Part shown: positions 7,876-16,650 of the stretch, piece by piece
Position numbering within the stretch: the first letter of the stretch is position 1
Layout of the letters: every line of letters begins with the position of its first letter
DNA from: Chloroflexota bacterium
GTDB taxonomy: Bacteria; Chloroflexota; Anaerolineae; UBA4142
Reading direction: 5' to 3'
Length of the DNA: 64,000 nucleotides
Assembly: GCA_016223105.1 (NCBI GenBank)
Contig: JACRPR010000083.1
Span: 32,724 to 96,723, forward strand
The notes under the pieces: model-generated
Databases searched by the model: none
Seen by the model: only the letters and a program-made list of their open reading frames with translations
Told to the model about the DNA's origin: nothing
Made by a program: the position numbers and the translations under genes

Positions 7876-10754
7876 CACGCGACTCCGCGCGCGGCAACGC
7901 GCGTTTTGTAGATGTACCCTAACGCAACCAACGCGAGCGCGATCAACAACCATTCGTGCGGTTCCGGCACCGCGGTTACATCGAGCGCGTTTTGTCCAAG
8001 CGTCTCGCCCACCTGTTCCACTTCGCGATCAAAGCGATCACCCTGTTGCTCAAGTTGTTTCAACAATTGGAGTTGTTGCGCGTTAACCAGGACGAGCATC
8101 GAAGAGAATGGCGTTACGATGCTGTGCTTGATCGCGATCGCGTGCAATTGATCGAGCGTCGTCAGCTGGCGCAGGTTGGCGCGATTGCGATACATCGCGT
8201 CGAGGATCACGCGGCGCGCGGCGAACGGCGCGAAATCATCATTCGTGATCGCACTTGACGATTTCACCCCGGAGGACGCGCCGGTGATCGTGAACCACGC
8301 GTAACCGTCCACCCAATCCACCGTCGCGTTTGCCGGGATGTCGCTCGACGCGATCGCTTTCGCGTTCAACGCGACCGCGACGCGATTGAGCGCGTCCTCG
8401 ACACTCGTCGTTACGCCGCCGCCACTCGCTTGAATCGCTTCGAGCGTCGCGTCATCGTAACCGAGCGGCAACGCGCCGCCGAGATGAATCATCCACACCG
8501 GCGCGTTCGGAATCGGCACCTTGACCGGACTCTCGCCGAGTTCGTAACCCGATCCATCGGTTACGACAAAAATCGCGTCGTACGAATCGTTCGCGCGCAA
8601 CGCGTCGAATTGCGCGAGCAGTTCGCCCGCGTGTTGTCCGCCGAGATATTCGATCCGATCCAGGTTGAGCGCATCCAACTTTGCGCGCGATGCTGGCTCG
8701 CCGCGATACTGGGACGCGGTGAGATACACATCCGCGTTGGCGAATTGGTCAAGTCGCGCCACAGTTGTCTTTACATCCGCCGCGAATTTTTGCATACTGA
8801 GCGAACGATCCAACACGACCGCGACGCGCAGATTGTCGCGCAACGCGGGCAGATTCAGCGCGGACAATGGACGCGCGATCACGGTTTCGCCGGTCACAAA
8901 TTCGATCTGATGCGCGACCTGGGTCGGCGGCGAGGTCGCGGGGATAGACGCGGGCAACCACGCGTCGGTTTGCAGTGCTTTGCCATTGAGGACGCGCGTC
9001 GTCGTCGCGTCCCAGTACACATTCCGTTTTTCCGCGAGACGCGGCAATGCCCACGCGTTATCGCGCGCCAGAACGCGATAGGTCAGCCACATGTGCATTC
9101 GCGCGGCGTCGGTGATCGTCGAGCGAAACGCGTTGGGATCGCGTCGAAACAAACGCGGCTCAATCGGAAAAATTCGCAGACGATATTGGCGCGGTCCGAT
9201 TTGCTCGACGAGCGCGGGGTCCACATTGCGGCGCACTTCGTTGCGATACACGGCTTGCGCCGCGCCGCGCGGCGCGACACGATACGCAAAGCGCGCGTTG
9301 CGATCATCGCTCGCGCCGAGCCACACGCCGGTAACGACCGCGGATTCCGGCAGTGAAAAATAGTACACCACTTCCTGGCGTTGCGTCGTTTGATTTTGAT
9401 AGACCTCATGCAATTCAACGTCCGCCCAATCACCGCGCTCGCTGATCGTGATCGCTTGATGCGTCAACAAAATTTCGTGATCATCCACCGCTTGCAGAGC
9501 GGCTTCGGCTTGCGATGCCGACCAGGTCGCGCGCACCGTGTTCGCGATGATTGTGCGCTCGCCGTCGAGGATGCGTTCATCGAACACGGCTTTGTACATT
9601 TTCGCGGCTTGCTCCGGTTCCTGACGTAACGCGCGACCATCTTCGCGATTGTCCGGCTTGGCAGGATTGATCGGTTCGTACAACAACGGACTTGCAACGG
9701 TTTCGTACAACGCTTGCACTTGGAGCGCGTCTGCGAGCGATAATTTCATTGACCACTTGTACATTTCGCCGATGTGTTTCACTTCACCGACCGCGCTGAT
9801 GTACCGGAATTGCGCGAGGTACGTGTTGAGCAATCCCGCGCGCAACGTGTCCGCTTGGCGCATCAGCGCGCGCCCGGCGTCCAATGTCGCGGGCGGAGTT
9901 TGCAAACGCGCGAACGCCTCGCGTTGCGGTTGTTGATTCGCGATGATGACCGCCGTAATCGAAATGAGTATCACCGACGCGACGAGCGCGTACGCGGGCA
10001 CTGCGCGCGTGCGATTGATCAACGCGCGCACGCCGCGCCACCACGCGCGCATCGCGAGAATCGGTACGGCGATTGGAGTGATCGCGAGCAATGTCGCGCT
10101 GTAACCGAACAAGAGACCGCTCAAAATCGAAAATGGCACTGCCCAGGTCAACGTCCAGAGCGCGCGCCAATCGAACGTCGTGATGAATCGCCAGAACGCG
10201 TTCGGCAATTCGATCACCACATTCACGATTTGCGCGGCGAGCGGCACCGCGTAAAACGCGATCCACGCGGAAGCGTACAAATAGGTGAGCAGGAGAAACG
10301 TCAAACCAATCGCGCGCGCCATCGCGAACGGCGCGCCGCGCTCATCAATTTTCGGATCGAGCAGTTGCCACATTAGCGTCGCCATTCCGATCAGCGCGAG
10401 CGTCATAATCAGCGCGACCGCCGGGTTTGCATCGCGAAACAAAAAGAAGCGCAAGCCGAGCATAAACATTAGGGGCCACTCGATGCCGTACGCGAGCGCG
10501 AATAATTTTTCCGGCGCGCGGCGCAGTGGAAAGATCGCGAGAAGGATCGCGGCGACCGGGATCAGCGTCAACGTGATGCCGGCTACGAGAAAGAGCGGCG
10601 GGACGATGTTCGTGGTAACGCCGGCGATCAAATCGGGAAGCATTTGCGGCGCGAATCCCAGGAGCATAAACGCGACAAAGATGAGATTCCACGTCCAGAA
10701 CAATCCGTACGCCCACACGCGCGGATCGAAAATAAATCGCAATACTTGTTTCAT
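7875..10754 (-). CDS. PEP-CTERM integral membrane protein with VIT-like and vWA domains
   Basis: The N-terminal ~340 aa are polytopic. A VIT-like segment follows (VVYYFSLPESAVVTGVWLG...DPALVEQIGPRQYRLRIFPIEP), then a vWA MIDAS motif (VAVVLDRSLSM). The C-terminus reads VPEPHEWLLIALALVALGYIYKTR, i.e. PEP + TM + basic. Confidence 0.75.
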   Translation of the reverse strand: MKQVLRFIFDPRVWAYGLFWTWNLIFVAFMLLGFAPQMLPDLIAGVTTNIVPPLFLVAGITLTLIPVAAILLAIFPLRRAPEKLFALAYGIEWPLMFMLGLRFFLFRDANPAVALIMTLALIGMATLMWQLLDPKIDERGAPFAMARAIGLTFLLLTYLYASAWIAFYAVPLAAQIVNVVIELPNAFWRFITTFDWRALWTLTWAVPFSILSGLLFGYSATLLAITPIAVPILAMRAWWRGVRALINRTRAVPAYALVASVILISITAVIIANQQPQREAFARLQTPPATLDAGRALMRQADTLRAGLLNTYLAQFRYISAVGEVKHIGEMYKWSMKLSLADALQVQALYETVASPLLYEPINPAKPDNREDGRALRQEPEQAAKMYKAVFDERILDGERTIIANTVRATWSASQAEAALQAVDDHEILLTHQAITISERGDWADVELHEVYQNQTTQRQEVVYYFSLPESAVVTGVWLGASDDRNARFAYRVAPRGAAQAVYRNEVRRNVDPALVEQIGPRQYRLRIFPIEPRLFRRDPNAFRSTITDAARMHMWLTYRVLARDNAWALPRLAEKRNVYWDATTTRVLNGKALQTDAWLPASIPATSPPTQVAHQIEFVTGETVIARPLSALNLPALRDNLRVAVVLDRSLSMQKFAADVKTTVARLDQFANADVYLTASQYRGEPASRAKLDALNLDRIEYLGGQHAGELLAQFDALRANDSYDAIFVVTDGSGYELGESPVKVPIPNAPVWMIHLGGALPLGYDDATLEAIQASGGGVTTSVEDALNRVAVALNAKAIASSDIPANATVDWVDGYAWFTITGASSGVKSSSAITNDDFAPFAARRVILDAMYRNRANLRQLTTLDQLHAIAIKHSIVTPFSSMLVLVNAQQLQLLKQLEQQGDRFDREVEQVGETLGQNALDVTAVPEPHEWLLIALALVALGYIYKTRVAARGVA

Positions 10755-10771
10755 CGTGCCTCCTTTGCACT

Positions 10772-10865
10772 GTCATTGCGAGGAGCATCGTGAGCGGAGT
10801 CGAACGATACGACGAAGCAATCTCCGATCTGAAAGTGGGGATTGCTTCGCTTTGCTCGCAATGAC
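10772..10865. repeat. MITE-like palindromic element (GTCATTGCGAG...CTCGCAATGAC family)
   Basis: The terminal inverted repeats are gtcattgcgag / ctcgcaatgac, with an internal gaagcaatc...gattgcttc pair. It sits between the exosortase stop and the start of its target gene. Confidence 0.8.
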
Positions 10866-10867
10866 AT

Positions 10868-12370
10868 TCATTTTTTGTTCAGATTGCGCGCAACCGCATC
10901 GCGCACCGCGCGGAAAAATGTTTGCAGTTCCAGCGTGTTCGGATCGCGCGCGTCGTTGAACAAAATCGAAACCAAGACCCAGCGTTTGGGCTGGAGCGTT
11001 ACATCATCCCAAATGCGCGTGCCGTAATCATCGGTTACGCGCTCCGCCGATTGAAACCAGTACGCCGCCGACCAGGTTTGTTGTTTGCGCGCATCGCCGA
11101 GCGCGACGCGAAGAACAGAAAAATCGGGCGCGACGAGAAAGGCGCGCGAGTCATTGATCGCGAGCCCGTACACTTCAAAGCATCGTTCGGGGCGATGATG
11201 CGCGCGCCAGGTCGCGCTCGTAACGAGAATCATCGAGCCGGACAGATCGCGCCAGGTGAAACGAAAGCGGTCGGCGCCTTCAGCATTATCGCGCATCAAC
11301 CAACGCAGTTCGTCCGGCTTGAGCGGCGCGGACTGCGCGATGATGTCGGCGGGAAACGTCCACGCAATTGTCGCCTGCGTCAACCCGGTTTGCGGGCGCG
11401 GCGTGTAGAGTAAACCCATCCCGAAAATTGCAACTATGAGAATCGCGCCAAGCCATGCGGAGTTGGAATTGAGATTGGAGATTGGAGCTTCGAGATTGAG
11501 CGATTGCGTCGGCAAGAGTCGCAACAACGCGACGGCGGCGGCGCACGCGATCACAAATCCCAAGACGCCGAGCGGAACGTGAATCATTTCCGCCGCGAGC
11601 CGCGCGTTCAACACTTGCCCGACGACGACCAGGATCGCGACGCGCGCGAGGTTCGTGATGAAAAGTAAAAGCGCAAACGCGATTGCGATCACGCACCAGC
11701 GCGCGTTGAGTGGTCGTCGTTCGATCCAGGTCGCGGCGATCAGAAACAGCGCGCCCGTCCACAAACTTTTGACGCCACTGCACGGCAGATCAATTTGCGA
11801 CACGCCATTTTCGAGAATCAAAATCGTGTCCACGCCAATCGAACCGATGCCCGCGAGCGCGAGCCCATCGCGCACGATGGACGCGGTGAGGATCCGCATG
11901 GGATAGCCGATGAACGTTTGCATATGTTCGCCGAACGGCAGAACGCCGACGATCAACAGTGCGGCGGGCAAACCCGCGCGCCAACGTTGCGGCGCGATCC
12001 ACAAACCGAGCAAGCCATAACTCGCGAGAAAAAAGATACTCGCGGAAATTGTGTTGATGTCGAGCCAGCGTTCGACGATGAGATACAAAATCGAACCGGC
12101 AAAAACCAGGATGAGCGCGGAGAGATGCCATCGAGGAAGCGCGTCGAATTTAAGCGACCATTTTTCTTTGCGCGCTTGCAACGCGATCAGAACGATCACG
12201 CCGACGAGGACGATTTGATTCGTGCGAAAATCTTCGTACGTGAAAATGATCGCGAGATAGGCGAACACGGCGCGATACAACCACAGCCACAATGCGAGGA
12301 TGAGCGCGTTCGCGGTGATGTGAGTTGCGCGAATCGAATTGGTTGGTGCGGAAGTTTCAAGCATTGCCAT
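10868..12370 (-). CDS. Exosortase fused to a C-terminal EpsI-like domain
   Basis: The polytopic N-terminal part carries an exosortase-type Cys motif (DLPCSGVKSLW). The C-terminal ~170 aa carry an EpsI-like HRPERCFEVYG motif. Confidence 0.75.
   Translation of the reverse strand: MAMLETSAPTNSIRATHITANALILALWLWLYRAVFAYLAIIFTYEDFRTNQIVLVGVIVLIALQARKEKWSLKFDALPRWHLSALILVFAGSILYLIVERWLDINTISASIFFLASYGLLGLWIAPQRWRAGLPAALLIVGVLPFGEHMQTFIGYPMRILTASIVRDGLALAGIGSIGVDTILILENGVSQIDLPCSGVKSLWTGALFLIAATWIERRPLNARWCVIAIAFALLLFITNLARVAILVVVGQVLNARLAAEMIHVPLGVLGFVIACAAAVALLRLLPTQSLNLEAPISNLNSNSAWLGAILIVAIFGMGLLYTPRPQTGLTQATIAWTFPADIIAQSAPLKPDELRWLMRDNAEGADRFRFTWRDLSGSMILVTSATWRAHHRPERCFEVYGLAINDSRAFLVAPDFSVLRVALGDARKQQTWSAAYWFQSAERVTDDYGTRIWDDVTLQPKRWVLVSILFNDARDPNTLELQTFFRAVRDAVARNLNKK
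11459..11500. repeat. AGATTGG-type heptamer run lying inside the exosortase CDS (linker)
   Basis: The run ggagttggaattgagattggagattggagcttcgagattgag is translated on the minus strand as LNLEAPISNLNSNS, between the exosortase and EpsI-like parts. Confidence 0.7.
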
Positions 12371-12423
12371 TTTCGATCATTATGCTAACGCTTTTGCGCG
12401 CACAAGTCAAGCACTCGGGTGCG

Positions 12424-12465
12424 AAAAAAAGAGACCTGGAAGGTTTGGAAAACCTTCCAGGTCTT
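12424..12465 (-). terminator. Rho-independent terminator candidate after the YCII-like gene
   Basis: The minus strand has a 14-bp perfect stem (agacctggaaggtt / aaccttccaggtct) followed by ttttttt. Confidence 0.65.
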
Positions 12466-12491
12466 GACATCGAAATCCAGCGGATACCACT

Positions 12492-12812
12492 TTACATCGC
12501 GTTGAATGTTTCGTACACAGTAATTTTTGCGCCGCCCAGAAAAACCGGGCAACTTTTGGCGAATTCAATCGCCGCGTTGAGCGAATCGGCTTTGATGACC
12601 GAGTATCCAGTTGCCATCGTGCCGACCGGACCGTCACTGACTTTGCCCTCTGCTGTGATGGTCTTGGCAGTTTGCGTAAACGGATTGCCTCCATCCACCA
12701 AATTGCTACCCAGTTTGCCCATCCACGCGCCCCAGTCTTGCATCACTTTATCTTTTTCCGCTTGGTTCGCGGGCATTCCACCACCGCTATAGAGTAACAC
12801 AAAATTTGCCAT
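12492..12812 (-). CDS. YCII-related (DGPF) domain protein
   Basis: MANFVLLYSGGG...GGNPF...GYSVIKADSLNAAIEFAKSCP. I chose the ATG at 12812 because it has a GGAGAA RBS. The listed 28-codon upstream extension is unsupported. Confidence 0.7.
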   Translation of the reverse strand: MANFVLLYSGGGMPANQAEKDKVMQDWGAWMGKLGSNLVDGGNPFTQTAKTITAEGKVSDGPVGTMATGYSVIKADSLNAAIEFAKSCPVFLGGAKITVYETFNAM

Positions 12813-13026
12813 CGTTTGTTCTCCTTCCAAAGTTTCTTGGAGTTGAGAAATCTTGACGCGCTCAAGAATCTGATCCAAGTGAATTGAGCATATCACAAAA
12901 GTTTCAATTTTGTATTAGAGCCAACCCTGCCAAGTATCAATTCTTTATTTGAAAATTCGCGTTGGTTTCGACACGAAAAGTTGTGCGGAAAAAAAGACGG
13001 CAGTCAACTTAATGACTGCCGTTGGA

Positions 13027-13040
13027 TGTGTCGGGGCGAG
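13027..13040. repeat. Degenerate third copy of the tRNA-Pro att core
   Basis: tgtg--tcggggcgag compares with the att core tgtgagtcggggcgag. It lies at the left edge of the low-G+C tract. Confidence 0.3.
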
Positions 13041-13149
13041 CTGATCTGGATTTGATAGTTTGCTGATCATGGTTTGTGAGATATTGAGTTAGCTCCAGTT
13101 GGGACAAATGGACTTGAAGATACCTCACTGGTATTCCTCGATCAAGCAT

Positions 13150-14076
13150 TTAGAAAGGGACGTCTTCGTCGATTTTGGAAGGTTGGGGTGGGGCAAATTC
13201 AATATTGATCCGAAATCGGTAATCATGGTATCGCGTTGGAGTATGCAGTCGCAATCGATACTGCAAGCCGCCATCAAACCAGCCTTCTTGAAATTCAAAA
13301 TGGATCTTGGCAAACTCAACAGCACTAGGAGGGAGACTGGGGACTTTGATTTCCAACCGATACTGTCTCACCAAACCATCTTCCGCATCAATTGCACTTG
13401 CCTTGAAGGATTCGATATTTCCCATAGGTCCTGAATGTATCGGGATATAAAGCGCATCTTCTGAAGTGAAAAGATACACATGGGTTATTCCACCTGCTAC
13501 TTCCAGGCTATCGTTCCTTATATGAATGGGCAAAACGAACCGTTTCGTCTTTATCGTTCCAGTTATTGTGGGATTTTCCCCTTCGGAGCCGATCTCTGGT
13601 ATCGCTTTCTCTAGGATCGTCACTGACAAGTGTTCGGAGGTTAGTGCCACTTTTCGGGCACGCGATTCTTCAATCGCCCATTGCAAAGTTGTAGCCAGTT
13701 CTTTTCTAAGTGTCTCTATCTTTCCAGCATAAACTGTGTGTTGTCTATGTTTCAGGTCAAATGGAATGTCATCAGCATTCTGCGTCAGAAGGAGAACGAG
13801 TTTTCCCAGCGCGTGAGCGTAACCAACCTCATAGAACACATTGGGATTCCTACCCGTCATATCAGCTACAATAACATCGGCTTTGTTGATCTGATTGAAT
13901 ATTCTGTCTAGTATTCCTTCAGAGAACTTTTGCTCATCTACGCGTTCCGCATATGCTCCAACATCATCCGCTGCGCCTTTGATGCCAAACTGGTAGATGT
14001 CGTTAAACTTAGAGTCAAATGGCATCAGTACGAAAACGATAGGTTTAGGACGAGTAGATTTCGAAATGTCAGCCAT
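13150..14076 (-). CDS. Nucleoside 2-deoxyribosyltransferase-like / TIR-like Rossmannoid domain protein with an unknown beta-rich C-terminal domain
   Basis: The N-terminal part reads IVFVLMPFDSKFNDIY...ADVIVADMTGRNPNVFYEVGYAHALGKLVLLL, i.e. an MPF..., NxNV.YE.G.A.A.GK pattern. The C-terminal ~160 aa have no motif I recognise. The gene is low in G+C. Confidence 0.45.
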   Translation of the reverse strand: MADISKSTRPKPIVFVLMPFDSKFNDIYQFGIKGAADDVGAYAERVDEQKFSEGILDRIFNQINKADVIVADMTGRNPNVFYEVGYAHALGKLVLLLTQNADDIPFDLKHRQHTVYAGKIETLRKELATTLQWAIEESRARKVALTSEHLSVTILEKAIPEIGSEGENPTITGTIKTKRFVLPIHIRNDSLEVAGGITHVYLFTSEDALYIPIHSGPMGNIESFKASAIDAEDGLVRQYRLEIKVPSLPPSAVEFAKIHFEFQEGWFDGGLQYRLRLHTPTRYHDYRFRINIEFAPPQPSKIDEDVPF

Positions 14077-14318
14077 TGTAGTGCCTTTTCAAATTGAGCA
14101 TCTGAGTTGTTTGATTCATCATGATTGACACGTAAATTTGCAGATGGACCCTGTGCTGATGAAAAACACGCTGATCACACCAATACCATTTTTTATTTGT
14201 CTTCCCACTTTCGCGAGTAAGTGTGTTCCAATCTATTTCTTGTTCCCGATTTTCTTTTAACCGCAGACTCTACATTGCAGAAAACCCGCAGAATCTTTGC
14301 GTCTGATTCTACGGGTAT

Positions 14319-14344
14319 TGTGAGTCGGGGCGAGAGGACTTGAA
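14319..14344. repeat. att site (left), a 26-bp direct repeat of the tRNA-Pro 3' end
   Basis: tgtgagtcggggcgagaggacttgaa is identical to 24450-24475. Confidence 0.9.
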
Positions 14345-14426
14345 AAAGGTCTTTTTTTTGGATGACCCATTTTGAACCAGGTCGAGTCAACGGTAAGGAA
14401 TGACATCTGTTTTGGTTGACCTCGTA

Positions 14427-15308
14427 TCATTCACCTGGCATGTTGTCCAAAAACGAAAGTTGCTTGTAGGTTTGTCGGATTCGCTCGAGCGACGTGGACA
14501 CGTAAATCATTGTGGTTGTGATATCTTCGTGACCCAGGAGCGTTTGCAAGTCGTGAATGTTTCCACCACGATCAAGATAGTTTGTTGCGAAGGTGTGCCG
14601 AAGCGCGTGAGTGCTGACATTTACGCCGGCGGTTTTTGCGACACGCTTGATGATTTTGTAGATCGCGGGTGCGTTCATTGGCTTGCCGTGTCGTGATGTG
14701 AATAGGGCTGTTACTCCTGGTTGTGCTCTTCGTTCGTTTATCCACTTTTCAAGTTCCTTGGTTGTCTTCTTCGCGAAAATCACCCATCTCTCTTTATCAC
14801 CCTTTCCGTGTTTGACGTGTGCCATTCCTCGCACAAGGTCTAGGTCATCAATTTCGAGTTGTGCGACTTCTCCGCGTCTCATTCCAGAGTCTAGGATGAG
14901 AAAAATGATTGCGCGATCGCGTGTAGCGGTTTCTGCCGAAATGAGTTTGTGAATTTGGTCGGGTGGTAAGCATTTCGGTAGTTTGTGTGGCTTCTTGGGG
15001 ATAATAAATCCAATGTTGGGATTGTCGGTGACGATTCCTGTTTCGTGAATCCATCGTGCGAAGGTTCTGATCGTCTTGGCTCTCTGCCGTATCGTTGTTG
15101 GCGAGAGTTTTTTTTCGCAATCGCGCAGGTGACTGACATATTCATTCAAGATTTTTGATGTGACGATCTCGATGTTGGTACTGTGATGTTTTTCAAGCCA
15201 TCGAGCGAGTAGTGAAAGTTGGCGTGAGTAGGTTTTGATCGCGTTAGGGTTGCATTCGCGTTTTTCTCGATTGTTCAAAAAGTTTTGAATGACGGCGAAG
15301 ATTTCCAA
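14427..15308 (-). CDS. Tyrosine recombinase / phage integrase
   Basis: Has an N-terminal SAM-like core-binding region. The catalytic motifs are ...DSGMRRGE..., HALRHTFATNYL and LLGHEDITTTMIY. The start is TTG with a GAGGA RBS. Confidence 0.9.
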   Translation of the reverse strand: MEIFAVIQNFLNNREKRECNPNAIKTYSRQLSLLARWLEKHHSTNIEIVTSKILNEYVSHLRDCEKKLSPTTIRQRAKTIRTFARWIHETGIVTDNPNIGFIIPKKPHKLPKCLPPDQIHKLISAETATRDRAIIFLILDSGMRRGEVAQLEIDDLDLVRGMAHVKHGKGDKERWVIFAKKTTKELEKWINERRAQPGVTALFTSRHGKPMNAPAIYKIIKRVAKTAGVNVSTHALRHTFATNYLDRGGNIHDLQTLLGHEDITTTMIYVSTSLERIRQTYKQLSFLDNMPGE

Positions 15309-15374
15309 GTGTGATCCTCGATTGAATGATGGGTGATTGTGCCCACATTATATCAAATTTCTGGAGGTGGTTCG

Positions 15375-15686
15375 ATGCAAGTGTCGGGTTTGATTATGAA
15401 GAGTCGCTCGTCTGCGTACCCAAACAAAAAGACTGGTGAGTTGATCCACATGGTCTATTTTGATTTGTATGACGACACGGCGGGTCTGATTCAGTGTGAA
15501 ATTAAGGCGAATGGCGCGGAGCCGCCGGATGGTTCGAAGGTTGTCGGCGATGTGCAGTTCCTGCGCAAGATCGCGTTTGGTCAAGGTGTGTCGGTCGCGC
15601 TCAAGTCGTTTCGTGTGCTCGATGTCAAATCGGATGCGCCGGGTTGGGTGCCGCCGCTTCCGCCGGGTGTGGGTCCGAAAAAGTAG
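15375..15686 (+). CDS. Hypothetical 103-aa protein (ssDNA-binding protein by position only)
   Basis: ATG with a GGAGGTG RBS. It is the first gene of the plus-strand module and is small, soluble and beta-rich in appearance, with a Pro-rich tail. I recognised no motif. Confidence 0.4.
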   Translation: MQVSGLIMKSRSSAYPNKKTGELIHMVYFDLYDDTAGLIQCEIKANGAEPPDGSKVVGDVQFLRKIAFGQGVSVALKSFRVLDVKSDAPGWVPPLPPGVGPKK

Positions 15687-15689
15687 AAA

Positions 15690-16004
15690 ATGTTTCCAAG
15701 TTCTGTGCTGACCGGGACACTTGTAAGCGCGTTGGGTGATCAATCATCTTTTGCGCTTTACTATACGGTCCCGACGAGCGGTTTGCTTGCGGCAACGTTG
15801 GGTATGTTGCTCATTCTCACGTTGTTCATTATTGCGAATCGTTTGCAAATGTGGGCAATTCTGTATTCGATTATCTTGGCGATGTTCTTCGTTCCGTTTG
15901 CGACAACGGCGTATGCGCCTTCTGTGGTGGTTATGTGTTTGATCGCGCTGGTTGTTGTCCTGGTTGGTCGGTTCTTCGTCAAGGTGCTGGGCTGGGGGAC
16001 GTGA
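15690..16004 (+). CDS. Small integral membrane protein (3-4 TM)
   Basis: 104 aa, very hydrophobic, tightly packed with its neighbours. Confidence 0.5.
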   Translation: MFPSSVLTGTLVSALGDQSSFALYYTVPTSGLLAATLGMLLILTLFIIANRLQMWAILYSIILAMFFVPFATTAYAPSVVVMCLIALVVVLVGRFFVKVLGWGT

Positions 16005-16159
16005 TGACGCTTCCAAATTGGACGTTTAACGAAGTGATGATTGAAGTCACGAACTTTTTGCAAAATTCGGTTGTGGCTGGTTTGGTGATGACATCGCTTG
16101 CGTTGTCGGTCGTCAGTTTGCTCGTTTCGACTTTGCAAAACATTTTTCGGCGTCAGTAG
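16004..16159 (+). CDS. Small single-TM protein (51 aa), coat-protein-like layout
   Basis: The ATG overlaps the upstream TGA (GTGATGA). The sequence is MTLPNWTFNEVMIEVTNFLQNSVVAGLVMTSLALSVVSLLVSTLQNIFRRQ: an acidic N-terminus, a hydrophobic core and a basic C-terminus. It is below the ORF-track cutoff as a separate ORF. Confidence 0.45.
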   Translation: MTLPNWTFNEVMIEVTNFLQNSVVAGLVMTSLALSVVSLLVSTLQNIFRRQ

Positions 16160-16213
16160 TTGGCGGGTTCGTGCCGCTTTCTATAAATCTGATATCGAAG
16201 GGAGGTGAGAACA

Positions 16214-16378
16214 ATGTTTGGTACCGGCTTTTCGCTCGGATTCACGATTTCGGATATTCAAACTCAAGTTTCGATGTTGCTCGCGAATGCGGTCGTGCTT
16301 GGTCTGGTCGCTGGTTCGTTGGCGCTGACGATCACTCCACGGATTATCGGTGTTGTGAAGGGCATGTGGCGGCACTAG
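16214..16378 (+). CDS. Small single-TM protein (54 aa), major-coat-protein-like layout
   Basis: Not in the ORF track (<60 aa). It has a strong RBS (GGGAGGTGAGAACA-ATG). The sequence is MFGTGFSLGFTISDIQTQVSMLLANAVVLGLVAGSLALTITPRIIGVVKGMWRH. Confidence 0.5.
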   Translation: MFGTGFSLGFTISDIQTQVSMLLANAVVLGLVAGSLALTITPRIIGVVKGMWRH

Positions 16379-16449
16379 GCGCGATTCGCGCGATTTTCTG
16401 ATTGTCTGGGGGTTCGTTGTTTGAATCCCCAGATTTACGAGGTGTAGAC

Positions 16450-16605
16450 GTGGCGGCTCCCACTCTTCCCAGTTTGTGGACTGATGTTTTGACCCAACTG
16501 AATACGTTCCTGGCTTGGGATGTCGTCAAGGGTTATATCGTGTTATCTCTTGGCATGTCGTTTGGTGCTTTGGCTCTCCGCATGCTGGGTCGCGCGGTTC
16601 GGTAA
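16450..16605 (+). CDS. Small single-TM protein (51 aa), paralog of 16651-16836
   Basis: GTG start with a GAGGTG RBS. It shares the FLAWDVVKGYIVLSLG...RMLGRAVR pattern with the next gene. Confidence 0.45.
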   Translation: MAAPTLPSLWTDVLTQLNTFLAWDVVKGYIVLSLGMSFGALALRMLGRAVR

Positions 16606-16650
16606 TTTGTGGGGCGGTCTTTGATCGCCCTACATTTGTTGAGGTGATAG

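Noticed and set aside
12325-12792. 155-aa plus-strand ORF
   Set aside because: It is antisense to the YCII-like gene and runs through its terminator hairpin.
14193-14390. 65-aa minus-strand ORF spanning the att repeat
   Set aside because: It crosses the element/chromosome junction and the tRNA-fragment repeat. It has no RBS and is most likely spurious.
16171-16401. Listed 76-aa ORF (MPLSINLISKGG...)
   Set aside because: It has no RBS and an implausible composition. A different frame gives a 54-aa single-TM protein with a strong GGGAGGTG RBS (16214-16378).
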